Assembly: GCF_963921235.1 (NCBI RefSeq)
Contig: NC_086108.1
Coordinates: 70,062,001 to 70,122,000, forward strand
Direction: 5' to 3'
DNA from: Mobula hypostoma
Taxonomy: Eukaryota
DNA: 60,000 nt
This document shows, in pieces, positions 25,761 through 38,896 of the stretch (its first letter is position 1; every line of letters starts with the position of its first letter). Both the position numbers and the translations under genes were made by a program. A model generated the notes under the pieces. That model saw only the letters and a program-made list of their open reading frames with translations, was not told the DNA's origin and searched no databases.

Positions 25761-26799
25761 AGTAATTTACAAAGATAGAGGAAAAAAACTGACTAGTAAC
25801 TCTCTTAATTAGAACCTCCATCTGTACTTGACCAAGCCTGTTGAACCAAAACCTCCCATTCTAACATTGAGGATTTTTTGTAAGTCCAGGATTTACAAAG
25901 CATCCACAACCTCAAAGAAGATGGATATGTTCCCAGTTCAGGGTAATCCACGAATAGGAGAACTTTTGGTCATTTTACCCTTCTAGTGCAGTTCTGATCA
26001 TTCTAGGTGCTAATGATTGTGGATCAAGGGTGAAAGTGAAGCAACCTTGGCAAAAAAATCTGTAAATGCTGGAAGTCAGAAATAAAAACAGAAAACATCA
26101 GAAATTCTCTCTGGGAGTGGCAGCATTTATGGAGGGAAAGACAGTTAACACAACAGAATCATTTATTCTTATGATTATCAATCACCTGAAATGTCAACAC
26201 TATATACATATAGAGGCAACATCTATCTCTACCTTAGGATAGCTGCCAATAATTCATAGTTGCAAGACTTACTGAGCATCAAATCCACCTACTTACTTTC
26301 CCTTGAAAAAGAGAATTAGCTTCATTGCAACTGTAAAATATTTTTATGAAATATTCAGTGCAAGTTATTAATTCAACCAGAACAGAGAGTTAAATTTACA
26401 GCTTGTTGAGACTAGACAGATCAAATTAATGAAGATTCCATATTAGCACATCCATCATACTAAAACTTAAAATTATGTTTTAATTAATAAAATCAGTCGC
26501 ATTAAAACATGCACTTTGGTGCTTAATCTCTATCAACATATAATCCACTAATGACCCCAAAGTATATAGGTTATTGACCTATACAATCTGATAGTCTACA
26601 ATGAATGTTTTACTTCTCATAGTATTCTCATTAATAAAGGTACCAGACAGCTGCTGTGATAACTAGTGTCCAATATTAGAACCTTTCCTAAGCAATTAAG
26701 TGCTAAGATAATGCTGCAAATATTTGTTCAATGAAGGATGTGAAAAGGGAGAGAAAAATTAATTATAAAAGTGAGATCAGGGTGGAAATTGCCACCAAG

Positions 26800-27350
26800 T
26801 ATAACAACATTTGAGTTCTGAGGCAATAACAATATAATGTTGGACTGCTCTTACATTTACCCAGTCTTTATCTGAATATTCCCTTCCTTGACATTTATTC
26901 TCCATCTCAGGGAAGATGTTAGTGAGCTATTGCCTTCACAAGCCAACCAACTTCCATAGCATTCTGAACCTTCCACTTAGCATCTTGTAAGGATTCATTT
27001 TCATTCTCCAAGATTGTCCACCTTAATTGCATGTTAGTACCTATTACGTTTCCATCTCAATCATACTCTAACATCTCTATTCTCAGCCAAGATCAGAGCA
27101 AGGAACTAATCGCCTTTTCTTTCTGGCACATCACAACTCTTGGGTCTTAACCATGACAACTTTGATTTGTACCCTATCAGAAACCTTACTCAGGTCCCTT
27201 CCTTCTTTCCCTTTCTCGAACTTAAAACTCACGTTTTCTCATTTTTCCAGTTCTGATAAAGGTCATTGACTTGCTTCTCACCCAAGGGATGATGATTGGT
27301 GTGCGGGGTTCTTCCAGCAGGTGTTTTTTTTTGTTTTAGAGTTACTGCAG
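26800..27350 (+). mobile_element. Ancient PLE fragment
   Basis: Weak similarity to the GIY-YIG C-terminus and pLTR (ccagttctgataaaggtc). Confidence 0.45.
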
Positions 27351-27699
27351 TTTTCTACTCCAATTTCCATTCAGGACTACAGTAGCACACCTATGGACAT
27401 TCCACCCAGCAGTTTACACATCTACTCCCCCATTTTAAACACACAGTAAGTGCCAGTTATACCATCCACAGTAAATAGTACAGCACTGTCTCTTCTGCAA
27501 AAACTTCTCAACCCACAACTTCCATCATAGAGAAAACCATGAAAAGGATAAAGAATACTACAAGAAAATACTTCAAAGATGAGAAATATTTCACTTCATT
27601 TAGAGCTTAGCTTTCTTTTTGAACAATTCAAAGATTAGATAATATGGTGCTCATCCTAAACACAGAACTTTGACAACACACTGCCCCCCATGAAGAAGA

Positions 27700-27840
27700 A
27701 AAACACATTTGCTACAAGTTCAGGTTCTTTGTAACCTGTTCTTTGACAAAACTTCATGTTTATGGTACCGTCTCCTCTACATTGGAAAAACCAAATACAG
27801 ATTGAGTGAACACCTTGCAGAATATCATCCAAATGCAAGG
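27700..27840 (+). mobile_element. PLE GIY-YIG fragment
   Basis: LLYIGKTKYRLSEHLAEY. Confidence 0.6.
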
Positions 27841-27921
27841 GTGCTGAGTTTCCATGAGAAAAACTCCATTAGCAGTGCTAATTCAAGAACAAATTTTCAA
27901 CTGTACTATAAAAGATTATTG

Positions 27922-28056
27922 ATTAAAGATAAAGATTAGCTTAATTTGTCATATGTGCATCAAAACATGCAGTAAAATGCATTGTTCTGCATCATCCACA
28001 AACACAGTCTGAGGATTGTATTGGACGAAGTCCACAAGTGGTGCCAGGCTTCCATT
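27922..28056 (-). mobile_element. SINE 3' fragment (same family as 52576-52908)
   Basis: Reverse complement matches the tail ...aagctaatcttt. Confidence 0.6.
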
Positions 28057-28412
28057 TCCAAGATTGGGGAACAGAAAGGAGGTTCTGTGGATGAGAATGA
28101 GATCCCCAGATGGCATGTTGCTTCTTGGGTGCTAGGGTCCAAGACATCTCAGATTGAGTCCTCAGTTTTTTTAAGTGGGAGGTGAACAGCCAGAAGGTCA
28201 TGGTCTATGTAGATACAAATGACATAGGTAGGAAGAGTGATGAGGTTTTGCAAAGTGAGTTCAGGGAGTTAGGTGCTATGTTAAAGGGCAGGGCCTCCAG
28301 GGTTGTGATCTCAGGATTGCTACCCGTGCCATGTGCTCGTGAGGCCAGAAATAGAAAGATTATACAATTTAACACATGGCTAAGGAGTTGGTGTTGAAGG
28401 GAGGGGATAAGA

Positions 28413-31101
28413 CCATAAGGCATAGGAGCAGAATTAGGCCATCTGGCCCATCGAGTCTGCTCCGCCATTCAATCATGGCTGATCCTTTTTTTTCTCTCCT
28501 CCTCAACCCCAGTTCCCGGCCTTCTCCCCGTAACCTTTGATGCCATGTCCAATCAAGAACCTATCAATCTCTGCCTTAAATACACCCTATGAACTGGCCT
28601 CCACAGCTGCACGTGGCAACAAATTCCACAAATTCACCACCCTTTGGCTAAAGAAACTTCTCTGCATCTCTGTTTTGAGAGGCGCCTCTCTATCCTGAGG
28701 CTGTGCCCTCTTGTCCTAGACTCTCCTACCATGGGAAACATCCTTTCCACATCTACTCTGTCTAGGCTTTTCAACATTCGAAAGGTTTCAATGACAACCC
28801 CCCTCATCCTTCTGAATTCCATCAAGTACAGACCCAGAGCCATCAAAAGCTCCTCGTATGATAACCCTTTCATTCCTGGAATCATCCTTGTGTATCTCCT
28901 CTGGACCCTCTCCAATGCCAGCACGTCTTTTCTAAGATGAGGAGCCCCAAACTGTTCACGATATTCAAGGTGAGGCCTCACCAGTGCCTTATAAAGCCTC
29001 AGCAATACATCCTTAGTCTTGTACGAGGGGTGATTGATAAATTTGTGGCCTAAGGTAGAAGGAGTCAATTTCAGAAAACCTAGCACATTTATTTTTCCTA
29101 CATTTACACACTTAGACCAGCGGTTGTGGAGCATATGGATCCCTTCTTTGTAGAGGTCGGCATCTTGGACCTCCAGAAAGTGGTCCACAGCAGGGGTGAT
29201 TGATAAGTTTGTGGCCTAATGTAGGAGATGAGTTATTAACTTCAAACTTTCTGCATTTTCACTTAAAGAGTTGAACTGTACGTGCATGTAATGAGAGCTG
29301 TATAACTGATCTCCTTCTGCCGTAGGCCACAAACTTATCAATTACCCCTGCTGTAGACCACTTCTACAAAGAAGGGATCCGTATGCTCCACAACAGCTGG
29401 ACTAAGTGTGTACATGTAGGAGGGGACTATGTTGAAAAATAAATGTGCTAGGTTTTCTAAAATTGACTCCTACCTTAGGCCACAAACCTATCAATCACCC
29501 CTTGTATTCTAGACCTCTTCCAATGAATGCTAACATGGCATTTGCCTTCCTCATCACCAACACAACCTGCAAGTTAACCTTTAGGGTGTTCTGTACAAGG
29601 ACTCCCAAGTTCCTTTGCATCTCAGATTCCTGGATTTTCTCCCCATTTAGAAAATAGTCCGCTCATTTATTTCTACTACCAAGGTGCATGATCATGCATT
29701 TTCCAACATTGTATTTCATTTGCCACTTTCTTGTCCATTCTCCTAATCTGTCTAAATCCTTCTGCATCCTACTTGTTTCCTCAACACTATTTGCCCCTCC
29801 ACGTATCTTCATATCATCTGCCAACGTGGCAACAAAGCATCTATTCCATCATCTAAATCATAAGACCATAAGATATAGGAGCAGAAGTAGGCCATTCAGC
29901 CCATCGAGTCTTCTCTGCCATTCAATCATGGCCAATCCAATTCATCCAGTCATCTGCACCCCCCTGCCTTCTCCCCATACCCTTTGATGCCCTGGCTAAT
30001 CAAGAACCGGTCTATCTCTGCCTTAAATGTACCCAATGACTTGACCTCCACAGCCGCTCGTGGCAACAAATTCCACAGATTTACCACCCTCTGACTAAAG
30101 TAATTTCTCCACATCCCTGTTCTAAATGGATGTCCTTCAATCTTGAAGTTGTGCCCTCTTGTCTTAGACTCCCCTATCATGGGAATTAATTTTGCCAGAT
30201 CTAATTTGTTCAGACCTTTTAACATTCGGAATGTTTCTATGAGATCCCCCCCTCATTCTCCTGAACTACAGGGAATACAGCCCAAGAATTGCCAGACATT
30301 CCTCATATGGTAACCCTTTCATTCTTGGAATCATTCTCGTGAATCTTCTCTGAACTCTCTCCAATGTCAGTATATCCTTTCTAAAATAAGGAGCCCAAAA
30401 CTGCACAAATGTGGAACACCATGAGTCACTAGCAGCCAACCAGAAAAGGATCCTTTTATTCCCACTTGCTGCCTCCTCCCAATCAGCCAATGCTCTAGCC
30501 ACGTTAGTAACTTTCCTATAATACCATGGGCTCATAACTTGGTAAGCAACCTCATGTGTGCCACCTTGTCAAAGGCCTTCTGAAAATCCAAATATACAAC
30601 ATCCACTGTATCCCCTTTACCTATCCTACGTGTAATTTCCTCAAAGAATTCCAACAGGTTCATCAGGCAGGATTTTCCCTGAAGGAAACCATGCTGACTT
30701 TGTACTATCTTGTCCTGTGTCACCAAGTACTCCATAACCTCATCCTGAACAATTGACTCCAACATTTTCCCAACCTCTGAGGTCAGGCTAACTGGTCTGT
30801 AATTTCCTTTTTGCTGTCTTCCTCTTTTCTTAAAAAGTGGAGTAACATTTGCAATTTTCCAGTCCTCTGGCACCATGCCAGAGTCCAATGATTTTTGAAA
30901 GATCATTTCTAATGCCACCACAATCTCTAACACTACCTCTTTCAGAACCCTAGGGTGCAGTTCCTCTGGTCCAGGTGACTTATGTATCTTTTTCAGCTTT
31001 TTGAGCATCTTCTCTCTTGTAACAGTAACTGCACCCACTTCTCTTCCTTCACACACTACAACATCAGGCATACTGCTAGTGTCTTCCACAGTAAAGACTG
31101 T
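28413..31101 (-). mobile_element. CR1 ORF2 3' half inserted in CR1 ORF1, itself carrying a MITE and a second CR1 3' end
   Basis: ORFs 30532-31308 ([11 protein letters not shown]) and 28634-29188; second CR1 tail begins at 29860 and runs to ~30408. Confidence 0.9.
29024..29504. mobile_element. Mariner-derived palindromic MITE with four TIR copies
   Basis: TA TSD at 29022-23 and 29505-06; TIR cgaggggtgattgataa.tttgtggccta; both arms encode the mariner C-terminus (FYKEGIRMLHNSWTKCVHVGGDYVEK*). Confidence 0.92.
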
Positions 31102-31749
31102 GGATAAGATTTTTGGATCATTGGGTTCTCTCCCAGGGAAGATGGAACCTGTACGGAAGAGACAGTTTGCACCTGAACTGGAGGGTGACTGATATCCTAG
31201 CGAAAAGGTTTGCCAGTGCTGCACGGTGGTGCTCAAACAAGAGTTACAGGGTGATTGGAACCAGAGTGCTAGAACGGTTAATGGAGATGTTGGTAAGACC
31301 TCAGACAAAGTCAGGAATCAAAAGGTTGAGCAAAGGGCAACTTACATATCCTGACCTGAGTATATTTCAATGCAAGAAAGGCAGTTGAGCTCAGGGCATG
31401 GATCAACAGCTAGAATTACGATATTGTAGACATTAGTGAGTCTTGGCTGCAGGAGGGGCTGGACTGGCAGCTTAATATTCTGGGGTTTTGTTGTTTCAGA
31501 CATGACAGAGTGGGAGGGATTAAAGGAGGAGGGGTGACGTGATTAGTCAGGAAAAATGTCATGGCAATGTTCAATCAGGACAGACTGGGGAATTCGAATA
31601 GTGAGGCATTATGGGTTGAATAGAGAAATAAGAAAGGTATGACCACATTATGGGCCTATATTACAGACCACCCAACTGTCCAAGGGATTTAGGGGAACAA
31701 ATTTGCAAAGAGATTGCAGACTGTTACAAGAAACGTAAGGTTGTTACAG

Positions 31750-32540
31750 AAACACACACAAAATGCTGGAGGAACTCAGTAGGCCAGGCAGCATCTACGA
31801 AAAAGCATACAGTTGACATTTTGGGCTGAGAACCTTCATCAGGTCTGGGGAAAAGAAAGATGAGGAGTCAGAGTCAGAAGGTGGGGGAAGGGGAAGAGAC
31901 ACAGGGTGATTGGTGAAACCGGGGTGGGGGGGGGGACAAGTGAGGTAAGAGCTGGGAAGTTGATTGGTGAAAGAGATACAGGTTCTGAGAGGGGGGGATA
32001 GGACAGGACAGAAGGCCATGGAAGAAGGTAAAGGGGGAGAAGCACCAGAGAGAGGTGACGGGCAGGTAAAGAGATACGGTGAGAGAGGGAAATGCGAATG
32101 GGGAATGAAGGAGAGGGGGTGGGGCATTATTGGAAGTTCCAGAAATCAATGTTCATGCCATCAGGCTGGAGGCGACCTAAACCGAATATAAGGTATTACT
32201 CCTCCAACCTGAGTGTGGCCTCATCATGGCATGTGGAGGAGGTAATGGACTGACATGTCAGAATGGGACTGGGAAGTGGAATTAAAATGAGTGGACACTG
32301 GGAGATCCAGCTTCTTCTGGCGGACAGAGCGTAGGTGCTCAGTGAAGCGGTCTCCCAATCTATGTGTGGCCACTGGGAGATCCAGCTTCTTCTGGCGGAC
32401 AGAGCGTAGGTGCTCAGTGAAGCGGTCTCCCAATCTATGTCGGTTCTAACTGATATGCAGGAGGCCATACCGGGAACACCAGATACAGTGGATGACCCCA
32501 ACAGACTCACAGGTGAAGTGTCACCTCACCTGGAAGGACT
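31750..32540 (-). mobile_element. PLE 3' fragment with internal 75-bp tandem duplication
   Basis: GDRFTEHLRSVRQKKLDLPV occurs twice; pLTR at 31750-31850. Confidence 0.88.
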
Positions 32541-33435
32541 TTACGTGACATCTCCGTCTAAATGTGCAATTTATAATAAATATTATGTACAACAGGAAAG
32601 CCAATATAACATAGAAATACAGTTGTGTCAGCATGAATTAATCAGTCTGATGGCCTGGTGGAAAAAGCTGTCCCAGAGCCTGTTGATCCTGGCTTTTATG
32701 CTGCAGTACTGCTTCCCAGATGGTAGCAGCTGCAATAGATTGTGGTTGGGGTGACTCGGATCCCCAATGATCCTTCGGGCCCTTTTTACACACCTGTCTT
32801 TGTAAATGACCTGAATATTGGGCTGTCCACACCACTCTCAGCAGAGCCCTGTGATTGAGGGAAGTACAGTTTCCATACCAGGCAGTGATGCAGCCAGTCA
32901 GGATGCTCTCAATTGTGCCCCTATAGAAAGTTCTTAGAATTTGGGGCACCATACCAAACTTCTTCAACCATCTGAGGTGAAAGAGGCACTGTTGTGCCTT
33001 TTTCACCACACAGCCGATAAGGACAGACTACATAAGATCCTCGGTGATGCTTATACCAAGGAACTTCAAGCTGGTCACCCTCTCAACCTCAGATCCATTG
33101 ATGTCAATAGGGGTCAACCTGTCTCCATTCCTCCTGTAGTCTACAACCACCTCCTTTGTTTTGCAACATTGAGGGAGAGGTTGTTTTCTTGACATCACTG
33201 TGTCAGGGTGATGACTTCTTCTCTGTAGGCTGCCTCATTATTATTTGAGTTTAGGTCAATCAGGGTAGTGTTGTCGGCAAATTTAATGCACAGATTGGAG
33301 CTGTGGGTGGCGAAACAGTCATGGGTATACAGAGAGTAAAGGAAGGGGCTTAGTACACAGCCCTGAGGGGCACCTGTGTTGAGGGGCAGAGGGGCAGAGG
33401 TGAGGGAATCCCCTCTTACCACCTGCTGGCAATCT
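32541..33435 (-). mobile_element. Rex1/Babar LINE fragment
   Basis: TGAPQGCVLSPFLYSLYTHDC..KFADNTT; KKAQQCLFHLR; ESILTGCITAWYG. Confidence 0.88.
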
Positions 33436-34610
33436 GCCAAGAAAGTTGATGAAGGCAAGGCAGTGGATGTTGTCTACATGGACTTATATTTGATAAGGTA
33501 TTTGATATTTGATAAGGTATTTGATATTGATAAAGTATTTGATAAGGTCCAGCACGGGAGGTTGGTCAAGAAGGTTTAGTTGCTCAGCATTCAAGATGAG
33601 GTAGTAAATTGGATTAGATATGGGCTTTGTGGGAAGAGCCAGAGAGTGGTAGGAGATAGTTGCCTCTCTGACTGGAGACCTGTGACTCCTGGAGTGCCAC
33701 AGGGATCACTGCAGGGTCCGTTGTTGTTTGTCATCTATATCAACGATCTGGATGACAATGTGGTTAGCTGATCAGCAAATTTGTGGAAGACACCAACATT
33801 AGGCGGGTAGTCGACAGTGAGGAAGGCTATCAAAGCTTGCAGTGGGGTCTGGACTAGCTCAAAAAATTGGCTGAAAAATGGCAAATGGAATTTAATGCAG
33901 ACAAATGTAAGCTGTTGCATTTTGGTAGGACCAACCAGGGTAGGTCTTACACAGTGAACAGTAGGGCAGTGAGGAGTGCAGTAGAACAAAGGGATCTGGG
34001 AATACAGGTCCATAATTCATTGAAAGTGGCATCACAGGTAGATAGGGTCGTTAAGAAAGCTTTTGGCACATAGGCCTTTATATATCAAAGTATTGAGTTC
34101 ATGAGATGGGATGTTATGTTGAAGTTGTATAAGACATTGGTGAGGTCTAATTAGGAACATTCTGTCAAGTTTTGGTCACCGACCTAGAGGAAAAATGTAA
34201 ATAAGGTTGAAAGAGTGCAGAGAAAATCTACAAGAATGCTGCTGGTACTGGAGACTTGAGATAAATGTAGAAGATTGAGGGGAGATTTGATAGAGATATA
34301 CAAAATTATGAGGGGTATATATAGGGTAAATGCAAGCAGACTTTTTCCACTGAATTTGGGAGGGACCACAATGAGAGGTCATGGGTGAAAGGTGAAATGT
34401 TTAAGGGGAACATAAGGGGAAACTTCCTCACTCAGAGGATCATTGGAGTGTGGAACAAGCTGCCAGTGAAAGTGGTGCATGTGAGCTCAATTTCAACATT
34501 TATGCGAAGTCTGGATAAGTACATGAATGTAGGCAGTTTAAATGGCTCGGCACAGACTAGATGGGCTGAAGGGCCTGTTTCTTGTGCTGTACTTTTCTAT
34601 GACTATGAGT
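33436..34610 (+). mobile_element. CR1 RT and 3' end
   Basis: [39 protein letters not shown]; tail ttctatgactatga. Confidence 0.9.
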
Positions 34611-34769
34611 AGAATTAAAATTAGGAGCCCAATTCAATAAGTGCAGATAGCTCTGAGGGTAGTCACACAGCCCTGCTGAGTTCCTAGGCAGTTTAAGTGG
34701 TTTGGCACATATTAGATAGGCCAAAAGGCCTGTTACTGTGCTGTATTTTTCTATGACTCAAAAGCATGC

Positions 34770-34931
34770 CCACAACTCTCTAATCCCAACCGGACATCTT
34801 TGCAGTGTGGGAGAAAACCCATGCGGTCACGGGGAACAGGTATAAAATCCTTCCAGACAGTAGCGGGATCGAAGCCTGATCGATGATTGCTGGCACCATA
34901 AAGCACTTGTGCTAATTGCTACATTACTGCC
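34770..34931 (-). mobile_element. V-SINE fragment
   Basis: gacatctttgcagtgtgggagaaaacccatgcggtcacgggg and tRNA-like head on the minus strand. Confidence 0.7.
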
Positions 34932-35182
34932 ACTAATATCCATTATAGAAGGAACTTTATGCCCAGATCTAAGACTATGTGTTTGACTCTTCTGAACTGA
35001 CCCAGTAAGGTACTGAACTGTACTAAAATATTCCTAGAATAAAGTAATAAAAAGCCAAGTCAGTCAGGGATTTCACATCAACTTCAGACATAACAAAGAA
35101 CCACCAGCAGCACCACCAGCATCTGGGAACCCATCATGAGAGCAGACCCAACAAAATTATTGTTTCAATAGAATCTCCTGTG

Positions 35183-35435
35183 AATCAGAATCAGGTTTAT
35201 CACTGACATTCAGGATGGTCGTGAAATTTGTTGTTTTGTGGCACCAGTACAGATCAAGACAAAGGTTACTATGAGATATAGTCTGAATAAGCAAACAAAT
35301 AAATTGTGCACAAGAGGAATAGAGAGGAAGTGCTCATGAGTTCGTGGACCATTCAGAAATCTGATGGTGGAAAGGAAAAAGCTGTTCCTAAAGCATTGAT
35401 TGTTGGTCTACAGGCTCCTGTACCTCCTCCTAACA
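35183..35435 (-). mobile_element. Rex1/Babar 3' end
   Basis: aatcagaatcaggtttatcactgac...ccattcagaaatctgatggtgg; complementary to 56330-56500. Confidence 0.7.
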
Positions 35436-36921
35436 AATGCAACAATACTCATCATATAAACTGAAAACACAGCTAACTGATAAGGCAGCATAATTCCTAT
35501 GTCCATTCCTTTTCTAAAATTGTTATAGAGAGGGTGATTTGCTTCAGGGTTATCAAATGGCTTTGTGCACATGTAAAGCAATGGTAGGCACTCTTCTGTG
35601 GAGAAAATGTGCGGAAGTCTTTCCAATGACTCTCTTCAACCTTTTCACCAGTGAATAGTTCCAGCCAAGCCAGAAAATGTAGCAAGCCACAGTGAAGTAC
35701 AAATTAAGCCAATTAACAGACAGCTCTGCAAATATAATTTTGAACGAATCTCTGCTTTTCTACACATCTCAAATGAAAATCTTCTCTTAAGTTTTGTTAT
35801 GTCAAATGGAGCTGGTGAAGCATGATATCACTTCAAAAAGCAGAGAACATCACTGCAGATAAATAATTTAAAACAAGTAAACAGGTGTTAAATTAGATAT
35901 TGAACATTTGTATGCATTTTAAACGATTCAATTCTGTGTTTTTATATACTGTATTTGCTATCTGCAGTATCTCTTCATTCTCTCCATATGTAAAGTTTTC
36001 TTTACTGTAAATTCGTTGATCTTTATATTTCTTAGTTTTCAATAACTACTATTCATAATTGCAGCTTTGATGATGATTAAGAGTAGTAATATCTGAGCAA
36101 GTGATTCCTATCACAGAAAAATTTTGGATAAAACCCATCCTGACGCACCCCCCCACCCCCCAGCAGCACTTTGCAATCACCTTGTTTGGAACACACAATT
36201 GTTTAAGTCATTTCAAAATAATCACTTCCACCACTTGGATATTCTATGTGATGCTAAGTACGAGCAGATGCTCTTGACATCAATTCTTGATCAGCATTTT
36301 ACTACCTCGGCACTTGTTCCATTGTCTTCTCATGCAACATGAAAGTAATTTTCCAAATTTAAGCTATCTGAAGTCCCCATCTAGGAGCCTGCCACCAGGG
36401 AGTCTCCCTGAGCAGTTGTTTATCCTCTGACTGCCAGTGCTGCTAACCCAAGATAAAAACACTTTGCACATGTGGTTTGGAATTGTACACCTTGATTCAC
36501 ACAATGAATAGGAGCTTTTGAGTAAGGGAAGAAATATTTAAAATGTAAGCCTGCAAAACTGTAAGAGTTAACATCTTTCTCACAAGTAGGTCAGGTTAAA
36601 CTTAATTTAAATTCAACCAAAGAAAATATGCTATTTTAATATCCCATAGTTTGGAAAACACATTCAGCTACAACTTGTTATAATCCTAATGCTTGAGGCT
36701 TTAACAGAAATTCCTGAGTCTGAATTTCCATTAGGATTAAGAACTATTCTCAATAGGAAAAACACAATAGTCAGAGAAAATAATTTTGTATTTAATACTG
36801 TGATTATTGTCTGTCAAAAAATAAGGTTGAACTGACTGCGAATTCACTTTGTCTTTTAAACTAAGGACTAAATTTATTGGAAAAATCACCTATAAATATC
36901 CGATCATATTCCATAACTTAG

Positions 36922-37150
36922 GCAACACACACAAAATGCTGGTGGAACGCAATAGGCCAGGCAGCATCTATAGGAAGAAGTACAGTCGACGTTTCTGGCC
37001 GAGACCCTTCGTCAGGACCCTTTGAAGGGTCATGGCCCGAAACATCGACTGTACTTCTTCCTATAGATGCTGCCTGGCCTGCTGCGTTCCACCAGCATTT
37101 TGTGTGTGTTGCTTGAACTTCCAGCATCTGCAGATTTCCTCGTGTTTGCG
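36922..37150. mobile_element. Second palindromic PLE pseudo-LTR insertion with hammerhead core
   Basis: 89-bp imperfect arms 36922-37010 and 37024-37112, 13-nt spacer, 38-nt tail, TSD ttccataacttag at 36909-36921 and 37151-37163. Confidence 0.92.
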
Positions 37151-38606
37151 TTCCATAACTTAGACTCAGCATCAAACTGTACTACAAAGAGTACTCCTCA
37201 CGCAACCACAGGACTGATTTACTAAAGGAACAGGTCACTTTACAATTGAGTGTCAAAAATAATACAGCACTAGACCATTGTCATTTCTTCATCTGGAAAC
37301 AGGTTGCAGTGATCATCTGATCCAATCATTATCTCCTACCTCTATCACTCATGACTGAATAACATCAGGTAAGATCCGGATTAAGGAGAATATGGAGGTT
37401 GAACTAGGAAGAAGGTGCAGAAATCTTATTAAGTACATTTCCATATGCTTAAACAATTCTTAGTCAAAGGAATAATTTGGAGTTAGCTGAAGTCAGAGGA
37501 TTGAGAGTACCTTTTAGCCCATGCTAACTGAGTCCCAAAGGTACAATCCTACCCTGTAATTCATCTCAGTCTAGAGACTGCAAGAGAAGCTTCTCTGTCA
37601 GTTAAAGATCTAAGCACATAATGTCAGGTAACCCCTGCTGAGTAAAGAAACTGCGGTCATTCATTTTGTTAAATGCAAACACACAGAGCATTTGGTATAC
37701 AAGATAGACACAAAATATGTGAAAGGGAACATAAACAGCTATTCCCTCCAAGTAGCTTTACATCAAAGAAATGCTAATGGCTCTGAAGAAAACAATGACC
37801 CAGATTCACAGATCTGCTTAGATGATGAAATATGCATAGAGGAGGCCAACAGAAAAAAACATATATTTAGAAAAAAAAGGCAAATTAAAATAAGATTATA
37901 CAATTTATTCCATTTAATTTCAAGAGCATCTGTGGTTCACTCTTGTAGTTAATTGGTATTTATTTCGTATTATGTATTCCTGATTTCATCGGCTTTCACT
38001 CACGTTATAACTGGTAAATAACAACCCACTTCATATTATATTCAGAATGCCAAATTTAATTTTCTTTTGTATTCAGCTTTGTGTTTTGCATTGTAAGTTA
38101 TTTAATTACATGTTCTTAGCCACTTGCGATTGATTGTTTCAGTAATATACAAGCTATCTGAAATTATTTTAGCAGTCTGTTGTGCCAAATGTATTCCAAA
38201 ACACAATATATTTAAGCTTCAGCAGGTTCATTTACACTTATAACACACTTAATAACAATCCTGATTTGAGCTATTCCCCTCCCCACACACTTAATTTGCC
38301 ATTCCCTTTATTAATTCTGATCTGTGCAATGTAAGATAGCATTTTCTCTGTTGGCCTTCTCTTTACTCCCCACTCTTTTGAGGTTACTAATGCTATTGCC
38401 AGCAACCAATCTATACATATCCCAAGTAAACAATCTTTATTCGTAAGCTTAGAGGATCTGGTGACAACTGGACTTTAAGACATCATCATCAAATTGACTT
38501 TGTCCTCTCTGAATTTTACCTCTGCCCACTTTAAAGGTATAGTTGGCTTTTCTAGAATTCCCAACTTTCTGAATGCCCAAGGTAGCACCAAATTCTGCTA
38601 CTTCAA

Positions 38607-38896
38607 TTGAGGATAGAGGGGAAGCCTTTTAGGACCGAGATTAGGAAAAACTTCTTCACACAGAGAGTGGTGAATCTGTGGAATTCTCTGCCACAGCAAA
38701 CTGTTGAGGCCAGTTCATTAGCTATGTTTAAAAGGAAGTTAGATATGGCCCTTGTGGCTACAGGGGTCAGGGGGTATGGAGGGAAGGCTGGGTTCTGAGT
38801 TGGATGATCAGCCATGATCATAATAAATGGTGGTGCAGGCTCGAAGGGCCGAATGGCCTACTCCTGCACCTATTTTCTATGTTTCTATGTTTCTAT
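38607..38896 (+). mobile_element. CR1 3' end (young subfamily)
   Basis: Near-identical to 45539-45831; (ttctatgt)n tail. Confidence 0.92.

Larger units (their letters stand above)
28062..31747 (+). mobile_element. CR1 (ORF1 esterase + EN start) split by nested insertions
   Basis: DTNDIGRKSDEVLQSEF..VVISGLLPVP (28182-28397) resumes as DHWVLSQGRWNLYGRDSLHLNW (31113+); TSD ggataaga at 28405-28412 and 31102-31109. Confidence 0.85.

Noticed and set aside
37692..37952. 86-aa ORF with acidic and basic tracts
   Set aside because: No recognisable domain or splice structure; compatible with chance in AT-rich DNA.
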